DNA of 64,000 bases, taken from assembly GCA_051313645.2 (NCBI GenBank), contig JBNRSN020000017.1, forward strand, positions 32,922,001-32,986,000, given 5' to 3'. The DNA is from Centroscyllium fabricii (taxonomy: Eukaryota). Below are positions 38,491 to 51,076 of this stretch, piece after piece. The first letter of the stretch is position 1. The number at the start of each line of letters is the position of its first letter. The position numbers and the translations under genes were made by a program. Below the pieces are notes generated by a model that worked only from the letters and a program-made list of their open reading frames with translations, had not been told where the DNA came from and did no database searches.

Positions 38491-40180
38491 AATTGTTTGT
38501 GGTCTCCTTAATACACATAAAAAAAGTCACATTATTGAACAAATTCAGCATATTAAAAGAGGGTTTGTATGTTAATGCAATACATACTCAGGTATATTAC
38601 TTTCACTCTCTGGTGCTTTTACTCAAATTTTAAACAGTGTTTCTTGTATTCCCCACATGCTTCTGTTATCCTTTTCTTTTGATGTCCATAAGAATCTGTA
38701 ACAACAAAATGCTTTGGTTCAGCGTTGTTCTCTATCATCTGCAAAAACACAGATGAAAAAATTTGCTTCCAGGAGGACACAGCTTTGATCTGGACGATGC
38801 CTATCTAATTGGACCATTCGCTGAAACACAATGGGATAAACCATTAAACTATCTGAAACATAAAACAAAATCATGCACACTGCATAATCTATTCACTGGC
38901 GGTTTCTGTGGGCTGGTTTTTCCCAGTAAATGCGCTCATTAATATGCTAGGCAGCCCCATGTGACAGTACTTGGCCCCATATATCCCTTTGGGTGGTCTG
39001 TTGTTATGCAAAATCTGGTGGCTCACCCTTAGACACAATTGTCTATTAAAAACAAAAAAAAAACAGGAGGCAAGACTGCAGCAAGTTTTATTTTTTAAGT
39101 TTCACACCGCGTTGCTGCTTTTAAAATACAACGTTCGAACAGAAGATAGTTAAAGCAAATCATTTTGAAGATGCGTTGAGATTATTTGCAATAACCATCT
39201 CAACGGAACTAATTAATGCTGGGGTTTGAAACAAAATGCTTGTGAAGCGGTGTTAACTCACAATGTGTTGTATACGGAATACTAAATATTCCTGTATTGT
39301 TCAACAAAATATACCATGTGGCCTGTTAGTTGCATGCTAGGTGCCAAGAGTGTGAATTATGCCCCGATCTTGCATTCAACCTCCGTTTCCCTCACTTAGC
39401 GAGTTTGCCAGTTCTCAGCTGGGCTGCTAGATGGAGCAAGTTGTGGGTGTTGGAGCGCTCTTTCTTGATGGAGTGGAGCTTGCAGAAGGGAACTTACTGT
39501 TGGCAGAACAGAGAGTGGCACTGCCAGCAGCCACGGAGAAATGCATTGTACAGTGGATCCTTTCATTCTCCCAATAATAGGAGGAGACATCATAAGCTGA
39601 GATGGCAGTGGCGACAACTAAATAAAACAACACATTTTTCACATCTTTCTACATTATCACACTTTTAATTAGAGACATCACTGCTATCTACTCACCATTG
39701 TAGGTAATTCAATGCCGCAATTTACTCATGTTTCATCTTAGCGAATTTTATCTCAACAAATTAAATTATTCAAATATAAAATGCTGAATAGGTAGCCTTC
39801 AATTTCCATTTTCTTTTCCTCTCATTGTGCTGGTCGTACACTGGCCAATACAGTGGCATACTGGTTAATAAAGTGGTGTAGAAGCTTAGTAACTTGGCTC
39901 GCCATGCTGCTTCTCAGCACAGCACTGCACAGATACATGCAGCAAAACAAGATGCATTATATTATGAGTGCAGTATTTTGAATTAGGCAATAATTTGAAT
40001 GTAAATAGCACAGCAAAGTGGGAACTTGGTGCTAAAACACTAAATTATCAGATAATTTGAATTAAGCAACCTTGAATTAAGAGGACAAACTACTGTATCT
40101 GGAGTCAAAGGAAGAATTTTCAGGTTGACACTGGGATTTTAATTTACGAACAAATCTGTTCGGTTTGGTACAGTTTAAGT

Positions 40181-41004
40181 AAAGAAAGACTTGCATTTAT
40201 ACAGCGCCTTTCACGACCACCGGATGTCTCAAAGTGCTTTACAGCCAATGAAGTGCTTTTGAAGTGGAGTCACTGTTGTAATGTGGGAAAACACGGCAGC
40301 CAATTTGCGCACAGCAAGCTCCCACAAACTGCAATGTGATAATGACCAGATAATCTGTTTTTGTTATGTTGATTGAAGGATAAATATTGGCCAGGCCACG
40401 GGGATAACTCCCCTGCTCTTCTTCGAAATACAGGTTGGGCCCCGTTAATCCGGCACCCAAAAAACTGGCAGCTTCAGACGTCCGGCAAAGATTTCCCCGA
40501 CTGCCCCGCGCATGCGCAAAATAGCCGCCGTGTGTGGCTGTGCATACCTGGGCCTCCCCGACTGGTCTGCGCATGCGCAACATGGCCGCCACGCTTGGCC
40601 GTGCATGACCGGGCCTCCCCGAACGATTGATGCTTCAGCGAGCGCAGGCGCAGACCATTCAAAATTTTGCGGTGGCCATTTTGAATGGTCTGCGCATGCG
40701 ACGCTGAAGCTTCAATCATTCGCCGTTTTCAAAAATTCGGCACGGTGCTGGCCCCGACCGTGCCGGATTAACGAAGCTCATCCTGTAGCACCCTGGGATC
40801 TTTTACATCCGCCTGAGAGAGCAGACAGGGGTCTCGGTTTAACATCTCTTCCGAAAGACGGCACCTCTGACAGTGCAGCACTCCCTCAGCACTACACTGG
40901 ACTGTCAGCCTAGCTTTATGTGCGCAAGTCCCTGGAGTGGGATTTGAACCCACAACCTTCTGACTCAAAGGCAAGTGTGCTACCAACTGAGCCACAGCTG
41001 ACAC
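40181..41004 (-). mobile_element. SacSINE1/DeuSINE-like SINE, interrupted by a MITE
   Basis: L2-type tail (AAAGACTTGCATTTATACAGCGCCTTTCACGAC), Deu-like core (GGTTTAACATCTCTTCCGAAAGACGGCACC), tRNA-like head on the - strand. Confidence 0.8.
40431..40785. mobile_element. Tigger/pogo-like MITE
   Basis: TA|CAGGTTGGGCCCCGTTAATCCGGCAC ... GTGCCGGATTAACGAAGCTCATCCTG|TA; the host SINE resumes after the TA. Confidence 0.88.
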
Positions 41005-41261
41005 TGTAGCAGAAGTTAGGTGTGCTGCTAGTGACCAGAACTGTGTCAGCTCTTCATATTATACACGGAGTGATGCAATACAACTTCTCCAGCTTGGGTA
41101 CCTGTCAATGGAGATGGTTTAATTGTGCTAACTTGAATTCAATACTTCTTTACTTCCAATGGTGCACCAAAGTGACACTACTTGCAGTGTCATTGGTACA
41201 AAATGTCCACTGTAACAACCACATTATGAATATTTGGTCCTTTGTGCTTTATGGATAATGT

Positions 41262-41759
41262 GGCGCTGAAGCTCCACAGCCTGTGATCCTAGTAGTTGTG
41301 CTGGGATTGCACCCACCGGTACCCTATTGTGCCACGTCTATCTGTAGTGGGGAGGGGTTGCCTAGACACCCCCTCCCAATCCTGCTACTGCTCAGATCAG
41401 CGCACAAGCAAGGTGGCTGGTACAGAAATATTTTAAATTTAAATTTTCAACAGGGGCCAGGTCTGGACCCCACCAGGGGGGGCCACATGCCCACTTGTAG
41501 GGACCAATGTATCTCATCTCTCTCGAGGTACCAGCCGCCACTGCTGCACTGAGCCAGGATCGGATGCCTCTAACATAGAAAGTCCCCACCCCAGTCCATC
41601 ACTTGCCTTGTAAGGGGTGGCTGGAAGTTCAATAGCTTTCAAGTCAATACGGAAACGCTCAGAAATGGGAGATCTCCTTTGTTTCTGTGGGGGTTCCGCC
41701 AGTCTCAAGTCAGAGTTATAGCAGGAGACCGGCAGAATTCCCAAGGAATTTCAGAGCCC
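41262..41759. mobile_element. Decayed Harbinger-like MITE
   Basis: Degenerate TIRs GGCGCTGAAGCTCC / GGGCTCTGAAATTCC. Confidence 0.45.
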
Positions 41760-42638
41760 ATGTGTGTAAGAGAGCAGCTGTACTGCTTAAAGCAACATGC
41801 AGCCCAACATTTATCACGAGCTGTGCACCACACTGGGGTTAGCAACAGCAGAGGGATATGTACACCCGCATGGATGCAGAGATATATGTGCAATGTCACA
41901 CTCACCGGCACTGAAATACCAGTTAAATTTTAATACTAGCACGAGAGCCAATGGCATATCTCTGCAAATATTCAAACATTTAAAAATGAATTTTGCACAG
42001 TTATATGTGGACACGTCTTATACTTTGATTTGCATTGGTTGCAATTGCACTGCAGCCGGTGTGAACCTGAAGCAGTGTCAGCTCACGCTTTTGAGGTGGT
42101 CTGCCACTGCTTATTAAAGTGTGACGTGCTGTCCTTGACTGTGCCTGAGCCATTCTACAGATTCTGAACCGATACAAAGCCAAAATCACTTAATATCAAC
42201 AAAAACTCTGGTGTAACTGGGCTGTAATGGTGACCCTGACAGAGGCTGGTTGCTGATGGGCTGAGCAGGATTTGCACCCGCTCACCTGCACAGTCCTTTG
42301 CAGCCACTACTACACTGGGTCAGGGCTGGGTGTGTCTGTGGCAATGGTACACCGAGCAGAAACAAAGCAAATTACAAGACTGAAACAATCCATTATGTGC
42401 AAATTTGTTTGTCTTCCTATTGTTCCCACAACTTAACATGCAAGGTGGAAGGAGATGCCATAGTACTAGAAGCCTTTTAAAACAACTGCTTTGAGTGATA
42501 TTGCAATATAAACAGGTTGTTACTTCAGCAATCAGAAAAATATAAAAGCGCTGATGTCGGTGATAGGTATTGTGCTCAAATGCAGCCTTTCTGCGCTTGG
42601 AGCTGAACCATTTGATGAGGTTATGTTATTTACACAAT

Positions 42639-43389
42639 GGGCCAGAAATTCAGGTTGGAGGCTTCCCGCGAGTGCAAGCCTCCAACCCACACTTACGGAC
42701 CGCGCCGGCCGTCCTCCATTCCACCCGCATGGAATTCCGATGCGGGGCCCTCCTGAGATGCCGGCGCGCTGTGCTGGTGCATCTGAGCGTCGCAGTTAGT
42801 GCGAAGCGTCCCGTGGGATCACGTGGTCCGTGGGCAGCCAATCGGAGCACAGAATGCACCATTCATAAGTTTGACAGGAAGACCTGTCAAATTTATGAAT
42901 ACTGCAACCCCAAAACATCACTAAATCTTAAAATAAATTTTTTTTAATCACATTTTTTAAAATAACTATCAATTACATAAATTAGCTACTTTAAAAAAAA
43001 AAGTTTTTTTTTGAAAAAAAGTATTTAACGGGGCTAAAAATCAACTTACCTTTCTTTAAAGTATTTAAAAATGAAAAACCTGTGGAAAAAAATGTTTAAA
43101 TTGAATAAAATAAAGGCTTAGCTGCTGAAATCCACTCTTTGCGCATGAAAATATCAGCCGTAACTTTTTCAAATACTTACACTGATAAAAACCTGTAAAA
43201 AAATCGGAAGTGCATTGCGCAACTGCTGCCGCGCGCGCGGACGCGTTCCGACCCCTGACCCTTTTTTTCAGGGGATCAGAATTGCCGGTTTCACACGCAC
43301 GTGCGGTGCATGCCGGAAACCCGCAATTCCGATGGCCCCACGCGAGTACCCCATCCGTACTCATGCGTTGCGGGCCTAATTTCTGGCCC
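42639..43389 (-). mobile_element. PIF/Harbinger-like MITE, same family as 13995-14742
   Basis: AT|GGGCCAGAAATT ... AATTTCTGGCCC|AT; internal homology along the whole length. Confidence 0.8.
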
Positions 43390-45237
43390 ATTACTTTAAA
43401 TCGGACAATAATTTGTTCTAAATGTCCCTCTCAACTGCTTTTATAGATTTTTTGGTAATGTCTTCTATATACTATGCCATTTCTACTTACTCCTCAAAAT
43501 GTTAAATGCATAGTTTTTCCCTCAATGGTTACTGTAAAAATGACCACCAATTTTTGATCTCGGTTCTCAAGAAAACAGATGGTAGCCAAATGTGAGACCC
43601 ATCAAGATCTTATTTTGAAATATCATTGTTTCAGAGTGCATGCTGACATATGCACGCTGAGAATAACATAAATGTAATGGGCAGGTACAAATTAATTAAT
43701 TGTGGAGCTTGTAACAAGATACATCTGATCACAAGAGAACAAATAGTTTGTAGAAGCCAAGGTTACACTGGAAGCCTGTGGCAAAATCAGCAAACAGAAC
43801 AAAGAGTCAAAAAGATAGGACTGGATAAATGATGCTGAGTTATCGTCAGCTGTAGGTTTAACATTGACTGGTATTTTGTTGAAGGGAGTTTTTTTGTTGT
43901 AAGAGTATAAGTGAATACATCTTGCAACCACCAGATCTGCACAGGAAAAAAGTAGGAGAAGTTGGTCCAGGTTCACGTAGCCTTGACTTAGAAGCCCCAC
44001 CTCCCACACTCTTTCTCTCGGTTTCGCAATAACTTTTGACGGCACTACACCAGATTCATATCAGAATCTGCAAAATAACAAATTGCTTAAACGGAGCCCC
44101 AAAGAAGAGTATGTCAGATCGGATTTGCCAGGGGATTCAGTCTGCAGCTGAAGCCTGTCTTGCGAATGTCATTATTTTCAAAAATGATTAACCATTTGAA
44201 TCCCAAAACTGTAAGTTCTTTCCCTCCAGTAAGACCCGCATTTCCCGTCATACAAAAATCGCACTATCTATACAACCTCAAGGTATTTATAGAATTAAAA
44301 AAATATTACTTGTCGTGAATGCTACATCTGTCATGTTTCACTTTCTGTCACAATTCCTGGTCACAGTTCAGTACAATTGGTGTTTATATATAAACTGCTT
44401 GCAGTTGATTGGATCAAATTTCACATTCGTAAAATAGTAACAAATCAGGTAAGGTCCATAGGAACCATCGCAAGGAAATTAGCTAGATAAACTTTCAATA
44501 AGGAACTACGAAGAACATATGGAAACAAGAAATGAAACATAAGCATTTAGCAAAATCTTATCAATAAAAGAGATAAAATGAACCAATCAAATCATACCAA
44601 ATATGTTTTAAAAATCATTTTGCCCAACACACTCATAATTCACTACTGAAAATGAACTTTGCATCATAATAGTCATAAAAAATAGAACATTTACAAGAAA
44701 AGAATTAAACTTCCTGACACCATAGCATGTTCTGTGTTTGAAAAGCCAGAATGTTTCCCATCAGAACTCTGTGTTTATGTGAGATCCCAAGTCTTGGCTT
44801 CACACAGGCCCTCAGACCCACTATTATTAGTTGCAGAGGCTACAGCTTCCACTAAGCACCAACTATTAGAATTTTATATGATTGACAGCGAGAATCACTG
44901 CTCCCTAATCACACAGCCCCAGTCCACCAGTATCCCTAGATGCCAGTGTTATGTCTCCGGTGCCAAAAACCACCACTGGAGTCCTCCCATCACCAAAATT
45001 GATCAAGAAATTTATCAAGAAAATATCATAATCCCACCGAGTGTTCCAGAACCCCACGCTCCTACAACACAAAGCCCATGATTACTCCAAGCTCCAACAC
45101 CCGATTTCCTTCCTGTCACAGCCCCTGCCCCAACTGCTTTGACCCAAACAACCTCAACTTTTCTCTCAATCACCCACGTTATATTACCTCTGCAGCAAAC
45201 TCTCCTCACCCCACTTCCAACACAACACGTGTTGCCT

Positions 45238-45897
45238 CATAGAAACATAGAAGATAGGAGTAGGAGTAGGCCATTCGGCCCCTTGAGCCTGCTCTGCCAT
45301 TCAATGCGATCATGGCTGATCATTCAAATTCAGTACCCTGTCCCTGCTTTCTCCCCATATCCCTTTAGCCTTAAGAAATATATCCAACTCCTGCTTGAAT
45401 ATATTTAATGAATTGGCCTCAACTGCCTTCTGTGGTAGAGAATTCCACAGGTTCACCACTCTCTGGGTGAAGAAGTTGCTCCTCATCTCTGTCCTAAATG
45501 GCTTACCCCTTATCCTTAGACTGTGACCCCAGGTTCTGGACTCCCCGACCATCGGGAACATCCTTCCTGCATCTAGTCTGTCCAGTCCTGTTAGAATTTT
45601 ATAAGTTTCAATGAGGTCCCCTCTCATTCTTCTAAATTCCAGCGAGTTCAAGCCCAATCGACTCAATCTCTCCTCATATGTCATTCCTGCCATCCCAGGT
45701 ATCAGCCTGGTGAATCTTCGCTGCACTCCCTCCATGGCAAGTACATCCTTCCTTAGAGAAGGCGACCAAAACTGCACACAATACCCAAGATGTGGTCTCA
45801 CCAAGGCCCTGTACAACTGCAGCAAGACATCCTTGTTCCTGTACTCGAACCCTCTCGCTATGAAGGCCAACATACCATTTGCCTTCTTAACTGCCTT
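45238..45897 (-). mobile_element. CR1 LINE 3' fragment
   Basis: AVKKANGMLAFIARG...[15 protein letters not shown]; tail-A-type 3' UTR. Confidence 0.92.
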
Positions 45898-46215
45898 ATC
45901 ATACTCTGTGTACTCTAGGCCTTGAAAAAAGGCAAGAGGTACTAGCAGGGGTCGAAGGGTAAATACCCTGTGCCAGAAAGGTCCAAGGCTCCTGAGATGT
46001 TGAGTTCCGGGCTCTTTAGTCATAGAACCAGCACGATGCAACGGTCCACTGATGATGAATCAGCTCGAAGAATAATCGGGCCGTTATTGCTATGGCAGCA
46101 TCCGTCAGGCAACTGGGCTGGATCGGGGTAGGGGATGAGGCCGAGGACAAGGCCACCAGTCGAGGGGGGGCCTGGAGTCCACAAACTCCTGCCTCCATAT
46201 TCAGGTAAATTACTT

Positions 46216-46422
46216 ACAACAACAACTAGTATTTATATAGCGCCTTTAACATAGTAAAATGTCCCAAGGTGCTTCACAAGAGCGTTATCAAACAAAATTA
46301 ACTCCAAGCCACATAAGGAGATATTAGGGCAGATGGTCAAAGAGGTAGGTTTTAAGGGACATCTTAAAGGAGGAAAGAGAGGTAGAGAGGTGGAGAAGTT
46401 TAGGGAGGGAATTCCAGAGCTT
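46216..46422 (-). mobile_element. L2-like LINE 3' end
   Basis: ACAACAACAACTAGTATTTATATAGCGCCTTT...AGGGAGGGAATTCCAGAG. Confidence 0.6.
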
Positions 46423-46589
46423 ACCTTCTTGGTTGGCAGACATTCAAGGCAACCAATGTTGGCGAGGCGACCTCATGCAGGCATTAGGCAAGTGCAAGTA
46501 AAGGGCCAAACGCCTGCTGCAGGTGTGGGTAAAGACTAGACAACCAGGCAGTTAACCAAAACTGGCCTGCCTTTATTACCATGTGTGTT

Positions 46590-47218
46590 ACATAGAAACA
46601 TAGAAACATAGAAAATAGATGCAGGAGTAGACCATTCGGTCCTTCGAGCCTGCACCGCCATTTAATGCGTTCATGGCTGAACATGCTACCTTAGTACCCC
46701 ATTCCTGCTTTCTCGCCATACCCCTTGATCCCCCTAGTTGTGAGTATTATATCTAACTCCCTTTTGAATATATTTAGCGAACTGGCCTCAACAACCTTCT
46801 GTGGCAGAGAATTCCACAGATTCACCACTCTCTGGGTGAAGAAGTTCCTCCTCATCTCAGTCTTAAATGGCCTCCCCTTTATCCTTAGACTGTGACCCCT
46901 GGTTCTAGTCTTCCCTAACATTGGAAACATTCGGCCCGCATCTAACTTGTCTAAACCAGTCAGGATTTTAAACGTCTCTATAAGATCCACCCTCATTCTC
47001 CAGAGGATACAAGTTCAGTTGATCCAGTCTTTCTTGATATGTCAGTCCAGCCATCCCAGGAATCAATCTAGTAAATCTTCGCTGCACTCCTTCAATAGCA
47101 AGAATGTCCTTTCTCAATTAAGGAGACCAAAACTGCACACAATACTCCAGGTGTGGCCTCACCAAGGCCCTGTACAACTGTAGCATCACCTCCCTACTCC
47201 TGTACTCAAATCCCCTTG
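46590..47218 (-). mobile_element. CR1 LINE 3' fragment
   Basis: DLIETFKILTGLD...FFTQRVVNLWNSLP; (TATGTTTC)n tail. Confidence 0.9.
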
Positions 47219-47519
47219 TTAAGATAGACGGGCATCGTGCACGTTCACTTTGCATTGTGGCATGAGCTAACAATGGGCTCAACCATCATTTCCGAAAGGG
47301 AAAGGCCAAGCTGAAGTCTGTGATGATCTGAATTAGAAATACGCTAGCTGTTTGCAAGATAGCCCTCGCTCCAATTTGAGTCACTTCAGGTTCAGCTCTT
47401 CCCAGGGCATTAAGTTATGACCCCTCAATTCACAGAGGAAAAAAATAAACTTGCTGTTTCTTGGAAAGTCAAATTGCCAGTTAAAAAGGAAGACTTGCAT
47501 TCATATAGAACTGTATCAT

Positions 47520-48009
47520 GGCCCTGAAGACTGACAGGGGTTCTGCTGTTCATAACTGGGATTTTCAACATGCCTTGTAAAGGATGGAACCGCCATTTGC
47601 CCAGTTCAAGGAAAATGTCACTGGGGTTGGAGGGAAGAGGACAAAGCCAGAGGCAGTGACTCCCTATGGGGGATCTCACCAGGCTGGCACATTCAGGGTC
47701 CGGCATAGTATGGGAGGCTGGTACATGTTCAAATGGGCAGAAATGGACCCCACCTGCGGGCAGGTCAGACAAGCAGCCTGGACCTTTGGGGAAAAAAAAG
47801 GTAAGATCTTTTTTTGAAATCTCAATCGGTCCAGTTACACAGGGGACTGGACTGGACACAATTGGGGTCTGGGAGACCTGGGCAGCCCTTCAGGTGTTAC
47901 GCTATGTGGGGCAGGTGGGCAGTGCAGATGTGCCTACAGTGCCGCTTGTGCTTCCACTCCCCATGCAAATCGGATGCCATCCCACTAACCCTGCAAACTC
48001 CCAGGGACC
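47520..48009. mobile_element. Decayed Harbinger-like MITE
   Basis: AT|GGCCCTGAAGACTGACAGGG ... CCCTGCAAACTCCCAGGGACC|AT. Confidence 0.45.
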
Positions 48010-48205
48010 ATCAGGCCTCAAATGTCTCAGAAACATCCCAAAGCACTTCATATGCAATGAATAACTTTAAAGTGCAGTCACCCTTGTTTTGTGGACATTG
48101 GCAGTCGTCATAGAACATAGAACATAGAACATACAGCACTGTACAGGCCCTTGGGCCCTCAATGTAGTGCCGCCCTTAGTCCATCTCTGATTTTTCCCTT
48201 CCCCC

Positions 48206-51076
48206 CTACTGTTCCTTCCCCTCCATGTACCTGTCTATCATCCTTTTAAAAGCACCCAGACTGTCCGCATCCACTATTTCAGATGGTAGCCTATTCCATT
48301 CCCCTACCACTCTCTGTGTAAAGAACCTGCCCCTGCCATCCCTTCTGAATCTTCCTCCTTGAATCTTGTGCTCGTGTCCTCTTGTTGACGTTCTTCCCGC
48401 CCGGGGAAACAGTCTTTGCACGTTTACTCTATCGATCCCCTTCATCATTTTAAACATCTCTATCAAGTCCCCTCTCTTCCTTCTCCGTTCCAGGGAGAAG
48501 AGTCCCAGCTCCCTCAACCTCTCCTCGTATGACCTTCCTCCCATTCCCGGCAGCATCCTGGTGAATCTCCTCTGCACCCTCTCCAGCGCCTCCACATCTC
48601 TCCTGTAGTACGGTGCCCAGAACTGCACACAGTACTCCAAGTGTGGTCTCACCAGTGACCTGTACAGCTGTAGCATGACCTCCCGGTTCCTAAACTCTAT
48701 TCCCCTGTTGATGAAGGCCAATACCCCATAGGCCTTTTTCACTGCTTTGTCCACCTGGGTGGCAGCCTTCAGTGATCTGTGTACATATACTCCCAGATCC
48801 CTTTGCTCCTCTGCTTCCCTCAGGATTCTGCCATTGACCCTATATTCCCTCTTCCTATTTGCCCTGCCGAAGTGCATCACCTCGCATTTCCCCGTGTTGA
48901 ACTCCATCTGCCATTCTTCAGCCCAGCTCTGCATCCTGTCTATATCCCTCTGAATCTTTCTACCTCCTTCCTCCTCATCCACTTCTCCCCCTATCTTTGT
49001 GTCGTCCGCAAACTTGCTGACCCACCCCTCAGTCCCCTCCTCCAAGTCATTGATGAAGATTACAAACAGTAGTGGCCCCAACACCGACCCCTGTGGTACC
49101 CCACTGGTGACCGGTCTCCAGCCCGAGTATTGGCCATCTACCACTACCCTCTGCTTCCTTTGAGCCAGCCAGTTCTCAATCCATCCCACCACTTTGTTGC
49201 TTACCCCGCATCTCCTTACTTTCCTCATAAGTCGATCGTGCGGGACCTTGTCGAACGCCTTGCTGAAGTCCATATATATGACATCAACCGCCTTTCCCTC
49301 ATCCACACTCCTGGTCACCTCTTCAAAGAATTCTATCAGGTTGGTCAGGCACGATTTGCCCTTAACGAATCCGTGCTGACTGCTTCTGATTAATTCGCCC
49401 CTGTCTAGATGGTCGTAGATCCTGTCCTTCAGGACCTTTTCCATCACCTTTCCGACCACTGAGGTGAGACTGACTGGTCTGTAGTTCCCTGGCGCGTCCC
49501 TGCTCCCCTTTTTAAATATGGGAGCCACATTCGCCTCTCTCCAGTCCTTAGGGACTATCCCCGAGGATAGCGATGATCTAAAGATAGAGGTCAGTGGCTC
49601 TGCGATTTCTTTCCTCGCCTCCCAGAGAATCCTTGGATAAATCCCGTCCGGCCCAGGAGATTTGTCTACCTTTAGTTTCTCCAAAATTTCTAATACCTCC
49701 CCCCTCTGAATATTTACTTCCCCCATCTTTTCCCCTTGTATCTTGAGCTCCCCCTCTGCTTTTAGTTCCCTCTCCTTTGTGAACACGGACGCAAAATATT
49801 CATTTAGTGCTTCCCCAATTTCCTCTGGCTCCGTGCACATTTCTCCGTTGCTGTCTTTGATCGGCCCTACTTTTACCCTAGTCATCCTTTTATTTCTTAC
49901 GTAAGCATAGAAAGCCTTGGGGTTCTCCTTTATCCTTCCCGCTAATGCCTTCTCATGCCCACCCTTTGCCTTCCTTAGCCCATTCTTCAGTTTTTTCCTT
50001 GCTTCTTTGTACTCCCTTCCCGCCCCCTCTGTACTCTGTTTTCTCATTTTATCATATGCTTCCTTCTTCCTTTTTACTAATTGTTCTACCTCTTTCGTGA
50101 TCCATGGTTCTCTCATCTTACCCTTTCTTCCCATCCTACTCGGGACATGCTTGTCCAGGGCTTTCATAATTTGCTCCCTGAACACTCTCCACTTTTCTTC
50201 CGTTCCTCTTCCCTCAAGTTCCCGTTCCCAATTGGTGTTACCTAAATCGTGCCTAACCCTGTCGTAATTTCCCCTCCCCCAGCTGTATACCTTGCCCTGC
50301 CTCTTGCTCCTATCCTTCTCCATTACTATTGTGAACGTCACCGAGTTGTGGTCACTGTCCCCAAAGTGCTCCCTTACCCCCAGTTCTACCACTTGGCCTG
50401 GTTCATTTCCCAGAACCAGGTCCAACGTTGCACCCCCCCTTGTTGGTTCCTCCACGTATTGTGTCAGGAAACCTTCTTGTACGCATTGTAAGAAACTCTC
50501 TCCCTCTGCACTCCTTGACCTACCTAGATTCCAGTCTATATTAGGGAAATTGAAATCTCCCATTATAACTACCCTCTGTCCCTCACATCTTTCCTTTATT
50601 TGTCGCGCAATTTCCTCCTCCACCTCCCTGTTGCTATTTGGTGGTCTATAAAAGACTCCCACTAGCGTTACCGCCCCCTTCCTATTCCTAAGCTCCGCCC
50701 ATACTACCTCCGTTTGTGTGTCCCCCTCAAAGTTTTTTTCTGTAGCCGTCACGTTGTCCTTGACCAGCAGTGCTACTCCCCCCCCGCGCTTTCCTTCCTC
50801 CCTGCTCCTCCAGAAGCTTCTGTATCCCGGGACCCCAATCATCCAGTCCTGTCCCTGCTCCAGCCATGTCTCTGTAATGGCCACCACATCGAAGTCCCAT
50901 GCCGCCATCCATGCCCCTAACTCCCCTGCCTTGTTCCTTATACTTCTTGCATTGAAGTAGGCGCATTTCAGACCCCTTTCCCTTTCCTTTGCCCTTGGTT
51001 CTCCCCCTTTTTTCTCGTTGTTCCCCGGTCTCCCCTCTGTTTCCCTGCCCGTTTCCCTATCCCCCTGGCCAATTAG
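48206..51076 (-). CDS. CR1 ORF2: APE endonuclease and reverse transcriptase (frame open to 51157; first ATG at 50908 lies inside the EN domain)
   Basis: LKCAYFNARSIRNK, VVAITETW, IMGDFN, GDSDH, KSPGPDG, NYRPVSLTS, YMDFSKAFD, SGVPQGSVLGP, KFADD; no stops. Confidence 0.93.
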   Translation of the reverse strand, partial: LIGQGDRETGRETEGRPGNNEKKGGEPRAKERERGLKCAYFNARSIRNKAGELGAWMAAWDFDVVAITETWLEQGQDWMIGVPGYRSFWRSREEGKRGGGVALLVKDNVTATEKNFEGDTQTEVVWAELRNRKGAVTLVGVFYRPPNSNREVEEEIARQIKERCEGQRVVIMGDFNFPNIDWNLGRSRSAEGESFLQCVQEGFLTQYVEEPTRGGATLDLVLGNEPGQVVELGVREHFGDSDHNSVTFTIVMEKDRSKRQGKVYSWGRGNYDRVRHDLGNTNWERELEGRGTEEKWRVFREQIMKALDKHVPSRMGRKGKMREPWITKEVEQLVKRKKEAYDKMRKQSTEGAGREYKEARKKLKNGLRKAKGGHEKALAGRIKENPKAFYAYVRNKRMTRVKVGPIKDSNGEMCTEPEEIGEALNEYFASVFTKERELKAEGELKIQGEKMGEVNIQRGEVLEILEKLKVDKSPGPDGIYPRILWEARKEIAEPLTSIFRSSLSSGIVPKDWREANVAPIFKKGSRDAPGNYRPVSLTSVVGKVMEKVLKDRIYDHLDRGELIRSSQHGFVKGKSCLTNLIEFFEEVTRSVDEGKAVDVIYMDFSKAFDKVPHDRLMRKVRRCGVSNKVVGWIENWLAQRKQRVVVDGQYSGWRPVTSGVPQGSVLGPLLFVIFINDLEEGTEGWVSKFADDTKIGGEVDEEEGGRKIQRDIDRMQSWAEEWQMEFNTGKCEVMHFGRANRKREYRVNGRILREAEEQRDLGVYVHRSLKAATQVDKAVKKAYGVLAFINRGIEFRNREVMLQLYRSLVRPHLEYCVQFWAPYYRRDVEALERVQRRFTRMLPGMGGRSYEERLRELGLFSLERRRKRGDLIEMFKMMKGIDRVNVQRLFPRAGRTSTRGHEHKIQGGRFRRDGRGRFFTQRVVGEWNRLPSEIVDADSLGAFKRMIDRYMEGKEQ

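Noticed and set aside
13995-43389. Inverted MITE pair bracketing sox9 as a composite transposon
   Set aside because: Each copy has its own complete ends and flanks and the two are clearly diverged; independent insertions of an abundant family explain it.
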